Notes: generated by a model from the letters alone, not told the origin. A stretch of 25,951 bases of DNA from Myxococcota bacterium (GCA_040260805.1 JBDQPD010000043.1:1-25951), one strand, 5' to 3'. Positions 7,783 through 16,263 are shown, counted from the stretch's first letter. Numbers and translations are program-made.

Positions 7783-9546
7783 TCAAGGGTGGTGCTCGCC
7801 AATACGATTTGCGTAGCGCTTGAGAATGATCGTGTAGACGACCAACCCCAGCGCCAGGATCGCCACCCCGACTAAGCCTCCGCCGAGCGCATGCGTCGCT
7901 CCCGCAGCCGCTGCGAGCAAAGCGGCTAAGCCTGACAGGGCGTAAACCCACCAGTTTGATGGCGTGTTGGCGGTGTGTTGCATGAATCGCTGAGCTTGGT
8001 CGGGATCGCCCGGTTTGAGGTAGGCAGAGAGGCTACACGCGATCAATCCAACACCACCTACGATCGCCATTTGCCAGGCAAAGCTAGGCCGAGCCCAGGG
8101 TCCCCAAAGGACCAAGCTTGCGGTGACTGAGCTGGCTGCAAAGGCTGCGAGCTCGGCGCGCGCATCGAGGCGTCTCCAAAACCAGCGCAGGAGCGTCGGA
8201 GCGCCGAGCCCCGCACCGAGGACCAAGAGCACCTTCCACGCTGCGGCGATCGAACCCAAATGCACTGCGATGACCGCAGCGGTGACCGCCATGACCGGTT
8301 GAACCCAGCGGCTGGCGAGAAGGCGCTGATCATCACTGGCGCTCGCTGGAAGCAGATCGTTGGCGAGGTAGCTAGCGCCCCAATGCAGGTGGGTATCCGC
8401 GGTGGAAACGAGCGCTGCGACCATCCCACCGAGCGCTAAACCTAAGACCCCCTTGGGCAGCAGCGTGAGCATGGCGTCAGGATAGCTTTGCTCAAAGCCG
8501 CTGCTCGGCGGGATGCTAAACAGAAGACCGATGACCAGTCCGGTAGCGACCCATGACCATGGGCGAACGAGGTAGTGGGCGGCTGTGAACCAGCCCATCG
8601 CAAGAGTTGCGTCTTTGGGGCTTTTACAAGCCAGCATGCGTTGCACTAAGACGCCGCCACCGTCCGCATTTTTGTTCGCCCACCAGCTCAACAACAACGC
8701 CGTCACCACCAAGTCGGCGTGACCGCCGACGAGGTCTAGGGAGGGTTTGCCGATGCGCGCTGAATCAGCCCACTGCACGTTCAAGGGGTCCATGGCGCTC
8801 AAAACCTGAAGATCGGCGGATGGCAACCCTTTTGCGCTGCTGGCGAGCAAGGCTGCTACCCCGTCGATCCCTCCCGCGACTTGGTAAGCTGCGATCGCTA
8901 GCGCGATGGCGCCGATCATCGCCAAGGAAAACTGAAGTAAATCGGTCCAGACAACGCCACGGAGTCCTGCGACCGTGCCGTAAGCGAGCGCGATCACCAA
9001 GGAGCATACTAAGCCCAGAACAGCCGGGCCATCCAGGCTTCCCGTCGCCAGGCTAGTCAGTGTGTCAGGAGCGACCCAGCGCTGAAAAGGAATCAGACTG
9101 CCGAGCACTTTGGCGCCGGCGTGAAGAACCCAGCCTAAGACAAAGAGATTAATCGGCACCATGAAGTAGGCTGCGCGCAGTCGTCTGAGCAGACGAGCGG
9201 GGCGCTCGTTTCCATAGCGAAGCGCCACCACCTCGGCGTCGGTGGTGCACTCTGTAGCCCGCCAGCGTGCAGCGAGGGCAAAGGTAATCAAGACGTGTGA
9301 GAGTAAAATGCCCCACCAAAACCAGTTAGCGGACAGCCCATCAAAAGCCGTCAGTCCAGCGACCACTAAAGGGGTGTCGACAGCAAAGGTGGTGGCGACC
9401 ATCGAGGTGCCGGCTGCCCACCAAGGCAAGCTTCGCCCAGCGAGCAAGAAGTCTTCTTTGTCCGCGTGGGCGCGAGCGCCCGCTAGACCGAGCCCTAAGG
9501 TGGCGATCAAAACGCCGAGAAGTAAGAACAGGTCGAGTGTGGTCAC
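7783..9546 (-). CDS. Sodium:solute symporter (SSS/SLC5) family transporter
   Basis: DFLLAGRSLPWW, SMVATTFAVDTPL, GLRGVVWTDLLQF, VQRMLAC and many TM helices. Start placed at GTG 9546 because the longer start at 9582 lies inside a terminator hairpin. Confidence 0.9.
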   Translation of the reverse strand: MTTLDLFLLLGVLIATLGLGLAGARAHADKEDFLLAGRSLPWWAAGTSMVATTFAVDTPLVVAGLTAFDGLSANWFWWGILLSHVLITFALAARWRATECTTDAEVVALRYGNERPARLLRRLRAAYFMVPINLFVLGWVLHAGAKVLGSLIPFQRWVAPDTLTSLATGSLDGPAVLGLVCSLVIALAYGTVAGLRGVVWTDLLQFSLAMIGAIALAIAAYQVAGGIDGVAALLASSAKGLPSADLQVLSAMDPLNVQWADSARIGKPSLDLVGGHADLVVTALLLSWWANKNADGGGVLVQRMLACKSPKDATLAMGWFTAAHYLVRPWSWVATGLVIGLLFSIPPSSGFEQSYPDAMLTLLPKGVLGLALGGMVAALVSTADTHLHWGASYLANDLLPASASDDQRLLASRWVQPVMAVTAAVIAVHLGSIAAAWKVLLVLGAGLGAPTLLRWFWRRLDARAELAAFAASSVTASLVLWGPWARPSFAWQMAIVGGVGLIACSLSAYLKPGDPDQAQRFMQHTANTPSNWWVYALSGLAALLAAAAGATHALGGGLVGVAILALGLVVYTIILKRYANRIGEHHP

Positions 9547-9560
9547 CCCCGACTCGTGGC

Positions 9561-9598
9561 AAAAAATAAGACGAACGACCACCCCGGGTCGTTCGTCT
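9561..9598 (-). terminator. Rho-independent terminator after the phasin-like/Rho_N gene
   Basis: Perfect 12-bp stem AGACGAACGACC / GGTCGTTCGTCT (9569-9580 / 9587-9598) with a 6-nt loop, followed on the minus strand by TATTTTTT. Confidence 0.85.
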
Positions 9599-9625
9599 CA
9601 TAAGATTCGCTGAGCGAAAGGCTGT

Positions 9626-10147
9626 TTAAGCCGCTTCGATCAAGGCGATTAAGTCTGCTTTGCGGATCCGGTTGGGCACCTCGATGTTGCGCTCGGCGGC
9701 GAGTGCGCGAAGTGCTTTGACGGTCAGACCCGACAAGGTGGTTTCGGCGGCTGCCTCGACCACGGGTGCTGGGGCAGGCTCGACCACCGGGGCGACGACC
9801 ACGTCGTCGTTGACCGGGGCTCCGCTGACGCGACTGCGCAGATCGGTGACCCGGTTGGTCAGCTCGGAGACCCGAGCGCTCAGGTCACCCAAAAGACCTT
9901 CGATGTCCGTCTCAAGCGTATCAAGACGCGTCTTGATGCCGTCGAGATCGACTGCGTTCTTGAGGTTGAATCGATCGATGACGACTTTGACGTTGCCTTC
10001 GACCTCATCTTTGACCGCAAGTCCGCTCTTGACCACGGTCTCGAGCTTGTCTTGCAGGGCTTTGTTCTTGGAGAGGGCTTCAGCGGCTTGGCTGACGGTC
10101 TGCTCACCCAACTTGGTTAAACGATCGATCACTGCTTGCTTGGCCAT
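9626..10147 (-). CDS. Phasin-like amphipathic helical protein with C-terminal Rho_N/HeH nucleic-acid-binding domain
   Basis: The N-terminal helical region (KDEVEGNVKVVIDRFNLKNAVDLDGIKTRLDTLE) resembles PhaI/PhaF-type phasins. It is followed by a Val/Pro/Ala linker and C-terminal LSGLTVKALRALAAERNIEVPNRIRKADLIALI (Rho N-terminal-type HeH). GGAGG RBS. Confidence 0.7.
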   Translation of the reverse strand: MAKQAVIDRLTKLGEQTVSQAAEALSKNKALQDKLETVVKSGLAVKDEVEGNVKVVIDRFNLKNAVDLDGIKTRLDTLETDIEGLLGDLSARVSELTNRVTDLRSRVSGAPVNDDVVVAPVVEPAPAPVVEAAAETTLSGLTVKALRALAAERNIEVPNRIRKADLIALIEAA

Positions 10148-10195
10148 TCTACTAACCTCCGAGAGCGTGTTGTTGTGTTCGCTCTGTGTGGACGT

Positions 10196-10223
10196 AAGAT
10201 AGACCTTTGACGCGCTGTGTCAA
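10196..10223 (-). promoter_or_regulatory. sigma70-type promoter of the phasin-like gene
   Basis: Minus strand TTGACA (10223-10218), 16 nt spacer, TATCTT (10201-10196), about 50 nt before ATG 10147. Confidence 0.7.
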
Positions 10224-10246
10224 TTGCTTTTGACGCACTGCGTCAT
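10207..10246. promoter_or_regulatory. Tandem palindromic operator pair TGACGC-N3-GYGTCA
   Basis: TTGACGCGCTGTGTCAA (10207-10223) and perfect TGACGCA-C-TGCGTCA (10231-10245). Centres are 23 bp apart, and the first site overlaps the -35 hexamer. Confidence 0.7.
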
Positions 10247-10276
10247 CGGGCGATCATCCGATGCCCTTGATCGCTG

Positions 10277-11398
10277 CTAGTGTTGGGGTTGCATCGGCGG
10301 CGGAGGCTTGACGCCCTGACGCGTCAGCTCCGCATTGATGAGCTGTTGCAGCGCGTCCGGGTCCACGAGGTTGTAGAGCGGCTGACCGTTGATGAACAAC
10401 GCCGGCGTGCCTTCAACAAACGCTTTATCCGCTGCTGCCATATCCTGATCGATGACCTGACCTTTCGCCGGGTCGTCTAAGCATCGATCAAAGGCCGCCA
10501 GATCAGCTACCCCGACCGCCTTTGCGTGCGCCTTGAGACCGCCTCGGTCAAAGCTATCGCGCTCGGCAAAGATTCGATCGTGGAATTCCCAGAACTTACC
10601 CTGGTCGTGTGCGCAGGTGCTCGCCAGGGCGATCTTTGCGGCGTGTTTGTGAAAGTCCAACGGGTAGTGACGGTATACCCAACGAACTTGATCGCCATAG
10701 TGCTTAGCTAAGCCATCGTTGATCTGAGCTTGGCGTCCGCAATAAGGGCATTCAAAGTCTGAAAAGATGACCACGGAGACTTTGGCGTTGATGCCACCCA
10801 GGCTTGGCGCTGTTTTGCTGTCCACGTCCATGCGCGGCAGCTCCGGCGCCTTGAGGCTGGAGACGAAGGGGAAGCGTGCGAGCAGGCGGTCACGAATCTC
10901 ATGCTCTTGTTTGGCTCGAAACTCCTGACCGAGTTGCTGAGCGATCATGTCTTTGACCTGATCGAACGATCGCCCTTGAAAATGCTGCTGGTTGCCCATG
11001 AAGACCGCCTGAAGAATCTCGGGCGTCACCGGATTCATCGGGACCTCTTTTTGCATCTTTTGCATAAACGCTTCGGCGCTCATGCCTGCTGCTTTGGCGC
11101 CGACTTGCAGCGCCTGGTTGCCTGCGGCGTCACGACCAAGCGTGCGCAGGATGTTCCAGCGGTCAAGCGCTGCCTTCGCATCGTGGCGAATCAGTTTACC
11201 GCGTTGTTCGGGTTTGAGGTCTTTGATCGAGATCGTTTGTCCCGCCAGCGTTCCGAGGTCATCGCTGTTGGATTTTGCCGCCGCTGCTGGCGCCGCGATC
11301 GGCGCCGCTTTAATCGCCGGAGCGGCATCCGCTTTGGGACCGCCAGGCGTGCACGCAGTGATCACGCTCAGGGATAAGATTAGGATTCGGGTGCTCAT
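10277..11398 (-). CDS. DsbA/Com1-like thioredoxin-fold lipoprotein with N-terminal helical extension
   Basis: Lipobox VITAC, VIFSDFECPYC, RHYPLDFH, CAHDQGKFWEFHD, cis-Pro loop EGTPALFING. Confidence 0.9.
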   Translation of the reverse strand: MSTRILILSLSVITACTPGGPKADAAPAIKAAPIAAPAAAAKSNSDDLGTLAGQTISIKDLKPEQRGKLIRHDAKAALDRWNILRTLGRDAAGNQALQVGAKAAGMSAEAFMQKMQKEVPMNPVTPEILQAVFMGNQQHFQGRSFDQVKDMIAQQLGQEFRAKQEHEIRDRLLARFPFVSSLKAPELPRMDVDSKTAPSLGGINAKVSVVIFSDFECPYCGRQAQINDGLAKHYGDQVRWVYRHYPLDFHKHAAKIALASTCAHDQGKFWEFHDRIFAERDSFDRGGLKAHAKAVGVADLAAFDRCLDDPAKGQVIDQDMAAADKAFVEGTPALFINGQPLYNLVDPDALQQLINAELTRQGVKPPPPMQPQH

Positions 11399-12486
11399 CA
11401 GGATCTCCGATTTTGAAATTGTTCGTCGAGCTGCGCGACCGGCGCACCGCCCATGGCATCGAGCGTATCGGTCACTTCGAGCAGCATCGCCTTTTTTTCG
11501 CGGTAGGGCAGGAAAGCGGACTTGAAGCCTTGCACCGCTAGGCGCTTGAGTTCAGTAAAATTGAAGCCAAAGGTTTGAGCTGCGAGCAGGTATTCTTCGG
11601 TCGCTGTGGTGTCGGTAATCAGTCGATTATCGGTGCTCAGGGCAAGTCGAAGGCCTGCGTCGTAGTAGCGCCGCAGTGGGTGACTCTTTAGGTCGGCTAC
11701 GGCGCGGGTCTGCAGATTTGATTTGAGGCAAATTTCAATTGGGATCCGCCGATCGTTAACATAGTTCAACAGGCTTTCGTCTTCGACGAGGCGCACGCCA
11801 TGTCCAATTCGGTGGGCGCCGCAATAGTGGATCGCTTCATGAATACTCTGAGCGCCGGCTGCCTCGCCCGCATGCAGCGTGCACGCGATGTTGTTGTTTC
11901 GGATCAGATAGAAGGCTTCGACGTGGTCTTTTGCTGGATGATCGAGCTCTGCCCCTGCCAGATCAAATCCAACCACGCCGCGCGCTTTGTAAGCGACCGC
12001 TAGACGGGCTAATCGCAACGACGTTGGCGGGTCAATATTGCGTAAACCGCAGATGATCAAACCCGAGTCGACGCCAAATTCACGGCGTCCACGCTCCATG
12101 CCTTTGATCACGGATTCAACCACTTGTTCTGCCTCAAGACCTTGATTTAGGTGAAGAACGGGGCAGTAGCGGATTTCAAGGTAGCGAACCCCGTCGGCGT
12201 GGGCATCGGCGATCAACTCGTAGGCGACCCGCTCAAGCGCCCAGTCTTGCTGGAGTACGCTTAGCGTGACGTCGAATGCCTTGAGGTAGTCCACTAAATC
12301 ATCGCAAAGTTCGCCCATGTGGATCGCCTTTGCGAGGCCTTCCTCATCGGTTGCGGGAAGCGCGACGCCTTGCTCTTTGGCGAGATCCAAAATGGTGCTC
12401 AGCCGCAGACTGCCGTCAAGGTGACAGTGCAGGTCTGTTTTGGGCATTGCGCGAATCAGTTCTGGGGTGATCGCCGGATTGTTCAT
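11398..12486 (-). CDS. add: Adenosine deaminase
   Basis: PKTDLHCHLDGS, GFDLAGAE, TLHAGE, HRIGHG, C-x-x-SN and STDN metal/catalytic motifs. Confidence 0.93.
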   Translation of the reverse strand: MNNPAITPELIRAMPKTDLHCHLDGSLRLSTILDLAKEQGVALPATDEEGLAKAIHMGELCDDLVDYLKAFDVTLSVLQQDWALERVAYELIADAHADGVRYLEIRYCPVLHLNQGLEAEQVVESVIKGMERGRREFGVDSGLIICGLRNIDPPTSLRLARLAVAYKARGVVGFDLAGAELDHPAKDHVEAFYLIRNNNIACTLHAGEAAGAQSIHEAIHYCGAHRIGHGVRLVEDESLLNYVNDRRIPIEICLKSNLQTRAVADLKSHPLRRYYDAGLRLALSTDNRLITDTTATEEYLLAAQTFGFNFTELKRLAVQGFKSAFLPYREKKAMLLEVTDTLDAMGGAPVAQLDEQFQNRRS

Positions 12487-13796
12487 GAGTCCTCCGCTGG
12501 TGCGTCTTCGATCTCGCGAGTGGGCTCGTCAAGAAAGAGTGTCTCTGCGTCTGCAAGTTCGCCAAACCACGATGGCGCTAGATGACTATCACGAAAGCTG
12601 GAAGGCCGCAGGTCAAAGGGCAGTGCTTTTGCTGCGGCAGGAAGCAGCAGCGCCCCCCCCGGCATCGCGAAGATCGCAAGCGCTGGAACGGTTCTACCGA
12701 GGTCGCGCAGACTGCTTCGCAGGGCACCCCATTCATCGGCGCTGAGCTGATGACCAGTCGCTGTTTTTCGCAGCAGGTTAATGCTGTCGCCGGCTTCACG
12801 CAGCTCACTGACGACCCGCTCACCGTTGATCCGTAGCTGATCCACGAGCTCCGAACGGTCCAACATCTGCCGCCGCTCGCCAGTCCATAAGCGCTCGATG
12901 AACTCATGCTGCATAAAAATTCGCTGCGCGACCTCCGAGCCGAGCTCGTCGAGCAGGTCTTCGCTCACACCACCCGCTTGGGCGAGTTCGGACAGGGTGC
13001 GAAGTTCAGATTCGCTCTGGTGACCATCAAGAGCGGCTGCAACCAAGCCTGCGCGGAGCAGCTCGAGGGGAGGTAAGCCGTCAGCGAGCTCAACCACTTC
13101 CTTGGCGCTGGGCGGATGGGTGAGCCAGGCATCGAGCCGCGCTCTGCCGGATCGGCTCACTCGCAGTCCTTGCAGTTGCTTCCTCACCGTTTTCACTGCG
13201 AACGAGGGCAGCTCGCCATCGAGCGAGTGCATCATCAGCAACATGCCCGCGACCTGAAGGCGTCTCTGGCGCGCTTGACGTAAGAGCTCAGCTTGAACCT
13301 CTGGCGACATGTGACCTCGTGCTCGGGTGACCACCCAAGCCGCGGCGTTGTACGCTTCGACGCTCGTCAAACCGGCGAGCAAGGGCAAGCCGGCAACCGG
13401 AAGACCTTGCGTCAGCCCGAGCGTCTCGAGCGCGTCCCCCATCAACTCGACACGGTCCGGTGATTCGGTGAGCGCGCTGATCAGTTGACCGTGCGCACGC
13501 CGCAGCTCTTCATCGCTGACGATACCGTTCGCATCGATGAGCGCTTGATCGAGAATCTCTAGAGTCCAGCGAGCAAAGGCAAACAAGATGACCCGAGAGC
13601 CGCCACGCTGCGCGTCGAGCCGCTGGACGAGATGATCTGGCAGGTAGGGGAGCCCTAAGTCGAACCCGCTGCTGGTGAGGCTCCGTAGCGCAAAACCATT
13701 GAGCGACGTCGCCGGAGCGCCAGCGAACAAGCGCTCACGTCTTGAGAGGTGGCGCGCAACGAGACGCTGGAACCATGGAAGAACCTGATTTGCCAT
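12483..13796 (-). CDS. TerB/DUF533-like plus C-terminal LETM1-like domain protein
   Basis: TerB-like AAALDGHQSESELRTLSELAQAGG. LETM1-like C-terminus LRDLGRTVPALAIFAMPGGALLLPAAAKALPFDLRPSSF. Confidence 0.7.
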   Translation of the reverse strand: MANQVLPWFQRLVARHLSRRERLFAGAPATSLNGFALRSLTSSGFDLGLPYLPDHLVQRLDAQRGGSRVILFAFARWTLEILDQALIDANGIVSDEELRRAHGQLISALTESPDRVELMGDALETLGLTQGLPVAGLPLLAGLTSVEAYNAAAWVVTRARGHMSPEVQAELLRQARQRRLQVAGMLLMMHSLDGELPSFAVKTVRKQLQGLRVSRSGRARLDAWLTHPPSAKEVVELADGLPPLELLRAGLVAAALDGHQSESELRTLSELAQAGGVSEDLLDELGSEVAQRIFMQHEFIERLWTGERRQMLDRSELVDQLRINGERVVSELREAGDSINLLRKTATGHQLSADEWGALRSSLRDLGRTVPALAIFAMPGGALLLPAAAKALPFDLRPSSFRDSHLAPSWFGELADAETLFLDEPTREIEDAPAEDS

Positions 13797-13853
13797 GGGC
13801 TGGGCCTGCCACGCTCGGCTTCACCTGTCCCGCAAAAACAGGAAATTTTTAGA

Positions 13854-13878
13854 TCAAAAAAAGTGGCAGTTTTTTTGA
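13854..13878. promoter_or_regulatory. AT-rich inverted repeat in a divergent promoter region (possible operator or variant sigma54 site)
   Basis: TCAAAAAAA-GTGGCAG-TTTTTTTGA with perfect 9-bp arms. It contains TGGCAG-N5-TTGA, i.e. GG-N10-GA versus the canonical GG-N10-GC. Confidence 0.4.
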
Positions 13879-13961
13879 CCCAGCAACTGCGTGCCCTCAA
13901 ATGGAGGTGCTTGGAGGTGCAAACGCCACCACCGACCCCAAGCGACCGAAAGGAACTTATC

Positions 13962-15077
13962 ATGCGCAGTCTCTCCGTCATCGCCGCTTCGATCCTTGCT
14001 GTGATTTGGGTGCTCTCAGGTTTGAAAGACTCCGAGCAGCTCCTGTGGCAAGTGTCTCGTCTGGCGGCGCGGGCAGAGGTTAAGGCTCAGCCTAAGAAGA
14101 AGGTTGAGAAGAAGGTCAACCTCGATGCGCTTGATCCCAACCTCGAAGCTCAGCTTGAGCAGATGATGAGCAACTTCGGGGTTGAGTACGGCGCCGTGAC
14201 GGTGATCGATGTCCCCACGGGGCGCGTCCTCGCTGCAGCGGGGAGCTCGAAGCGTGAGCCTGAGCAGGGCCGTGCGCTTGCGTTTGCGCCGCGTTACCCC
14301 AGCGCGTCGGTATTCAAGGTGGTCGCCGGCGCAGGGTTGCTCGAGCAGCCTAGCTTCGACCCCAGCGCTTGCATCGCCTATCGGGGCGGACATCGCCGAG
14401 TGAACTCCAAGCTCTTGGTGCCACGCCGCGGTGAGCGCCGATGCGCCAACCTTGAGGGGATGATCGCCCGCTCGGTCAACGTTGCGATCGCTCGCTCGGT
14501 CAAAAACCACGTGAGCCGAGACGATCTCAAAGACGTCGCAAGCCGCATGGGGTTTGGTTCGGTCCTTCCAGGCGCCGATGCCTTCGGCGTCTCGACCGTC
14601 GACTTGCCCTTGGACGACGACGAGCGCGCTATCTCAGCCGCCGGCTTCGGCAATCATCGGATCAGCCCGTACCATGCGGCCTCGATGATGGCGATGATCG
14701 CTCGTGGGGGTCGCTGGGGTGCCCAACGTCCAGCCGGTGTCCCGGATCAGGCCTTGTCGCCCAAGCTCGCTCGCAAGCTCGGTCAGATGATGGTAGCGAC
14801 CACCAAAACCGGCACGGCGCGCAAGACCTTGGGCCGTATCCGAGGCGTTGATATCTCCGGAAAGACCGGTAGTCTGATCGTCGATGGCTTGGATTACAGC
14901 TGGTTCGCCGGCTTCGCTCCTGCCGAAGATCCCCGCATCGCCTTTGCGGCTGTGGTGGTCAACGATCCGCAAAAGCTTTGGCACATTCGTGGAACCCATT
15001 TGGCGAAAGCTGCCGCTAAAGGTGCTCTGTTTGGTGACACCCCCCCACGCGCCAAGGCCATGGTCGCCATGCGCTAA
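13962..15077 (+). CDS. Penicillin-binding protein, transpeptidase domain only
   Basis: SxxK (ASVFK), SxN (RSVN), KTG (GKTGS), SWFAGFAPAEDPRIAFA and an N-terminal TM anchor. Start placed at ATG 13962 after AAGGAA; the longer 13749 start overlaps the divergent gene. Confidence 0.9.
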   Translation: MRSLSVIAASILAVIWVLSGLKDSEQLLWQVSRLAARAEVKAQPKKKVEKKVNLDALDPNLEAQLEQMMSNFGVEYGAVTVIDVPTGRVLAAAGSSKREPEQGRALAFAPRYPSASVFKVVAGAGLLEQPSFDPSACIAYRGGHRRVNSKLLVPRRGERRCANLEGMIARSVNVAIARSVKNHVSRDDLKDVASRMGFGSVLPGADAFGVSTVDLPLDDDERAISAAGFGNHRISPYHAASMMAMIARGGRWGAQRPAGVPDQALSPKLARKLGQMMVATTKTGTARKTLGRIRGVDISGKTGSLIVDGLDYSWFAGFAPAEDPRIAFAAVVVNDPQKLWHIRGTHLAKAAAKGALFGDTPPRAKAMVAMR

Positions 15078-15092
15078 AGGTGCTCCTTTCGG

Positions 15093-15121
15093 TTGACGCC
15101 TCGGCGGCGGCCTCGTAGACG
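15093..15121 (+). promoter_or_regulatory. Putative sigma70 promoter for rpoZ-rsmA
   Basis: TTGACG (15093-15098), 17 nt spacer, TAGACG (15116-15121), 27 nt before the rpoZ ATG. Confidence 0.5.
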
Positions 15122-15148
15122 CCGCTTCCCAAGTTACGGAGTGCTCTT

Positions 15149-15409
15149 ATGGCCCGCGTTACCGTCGAAGATTGTTTAGATCGTGTTCCTAACCGGTTTG
15201 CCTTGGTTCATCTCGCCGCTCGTCGAGCTCGCGACCTGATCAAAGGGGACACCCCAACGGTCGAGCATGCCAAGAACAAAGAGACGGTGTTGGCGCTGCG
15301 TGAAGTGGCCGCTGAGCATGTGCGCTTCGTTGGCGATATTGAGAAAGCCTTGCTTCGACCGGTCGACGACCTGCGCGCCGATTACGAAGCTCGTGAAGGT
15401 GGCTTCTAA
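15149..15409 (+). CDS. rpoZ: RNA polymerase omega subunit
   Basis: [30 protein letters not shown] and [12 protein letters not shown]. Confidence 0.97.
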   Translation: MARVTVEDCLDRVPNRFALVHLAARRARDLIKGDTPTVEHAKNKETVLALREVAAEHVRFVGDIEKALLRPVDDLRADYEAREGGF

Positions 15410-15420
15410 GCCGCTCGAAG

Positions 15421-16263
15421 ATGGAGCGTTTAACCCCCGCTCAACGCCTGCGGCTCGCTGGGCTGCGCGCAAAGAAATCCTGGGGTCAAAACTTTTTACA
15501 TGATCAATCGATCACCCAAGAGATCGCTGAAGCGGCGATCACTGGAACCGCTGGGTCGACGCCGATCTTAGAGATTGGCGCCGGCCTCGGTGATTTGACC
15601 GAGCGGCTGCTTGCCACGGGTCGTCGGGTGGTCGCGATTGAGCGAGATCGCGATCTGGTGCCGATTCTGCGCACCCGCTTTGTCGGCGAGAACCTCGAGG
15701 TGATCGAGGGCAACGCGTTGACCCATGAGCTGACCGAGGGCCCGTGGGCGGTGGTCGGCAATCTGCCGTATCATATCTCGTCACGGTTGGTGTTTCAGTT
15801 CCTCCCTCAGCGAGCGCATTGGGAGCGCATGACCATCATGCTGCAGCGCGAGCTCGCGGATCGAGCCGCTGCGTCCGAACCTGGACAGCCAGGCTGGTCG
15901 AGCTTTTCGGCTCAGATCGCTCGAGTGTGCGACGTATCGTGGGCGCTCGACGTGCCTTCTGGAGCCTTTACGCCAGCGCCCAAGGTGCAATCAGCCGTGG
16001 TCCAGTTGACCCCCAAAGCCAATATTTTTGAGGTCGATGAAGGCGCCTATGAGCGGTGCCTGCGCGCCGTCTTTGGGACGCGCCGTAAGACCTTGCGTAA
16101 CAACTTGAAACCTTGGTTTCGAGGTGAGCCTGAAGCGCTGGAGCGTTGCCTCGCCGGGCTCGGTATCGACCCCAACCGGCGCGGTGAGACTTTGACCTTA
16201 GCGGAGCTGGCGGGCCTCGCTAAAGCGCTCGAGCCGAGGCGCCCTAAGGCAAAGCGCGGCTGA
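15421..16263 (+). CDS. rsmA: 16S rRNA m6(2)A1518/1519 dimethyltransferase RsmA/KsgA
   Basis: KKSWGQNFL, LEIGAGLGDLT, VVGNLPYHISS, FTPAPKVQSAVV, RRKTLRNNL, RRGETL. Confidence 0.96.
   Translation: MERLTPAQRLRLAGLRAKKSWGQNFLHDQSITQEIAEAAITGTAGSTPILEIGAGLGDLTERLLATGRRVVAIERDRDLVPILRTRFVGENLEVIEGNALTHELTEGPWAVVGNLPYHISSRLVFQFLPQRAHWERMTIMLQRELADRAAASEPGQPGWSSFSAQIARVCDVSWALDVPSGAFTPAPKVQSAVVQLTPKANIFEVDEGAYERCLRAVFGTRRKTLRNNLKPWFRGEPEALERCLAGLGIDPNRRGETLTLAELAGLAKALEPRRPKAKRG

Noticed and set aside
7724..7951. 75-aa minus ORF overlapping the SSS 3' end
   Set aside because: Out-of-frame overlap with the SSS gene and low-complexity Arg-rich composition; probably spurious despite the stop/start overlap with the microprotein.
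9660..10202. 180-aa Ser/Thr-rich plus ORF (similarly 5849-6487, 16317-16895, 18504-19100)
   Set aside because: Antisense frames of well-supported genes; long shadow ORFs are expected at this GC content.
10316..10327. Palindrome CTGACGCGTCAG sharing the operator half-site
   Set aside because: It lacks the 3-nt spacer and lies inside the DsbA coding sequence (encodes LTRQ); probably chance.
13749..13961. N-terminal 71-aa extension of the PBP in the ORF track
   Set aside because: It overlaps the divergent gene and an AT-rich regulatory stretch; ATG 13962 has an RBS and starts a TM anchor.
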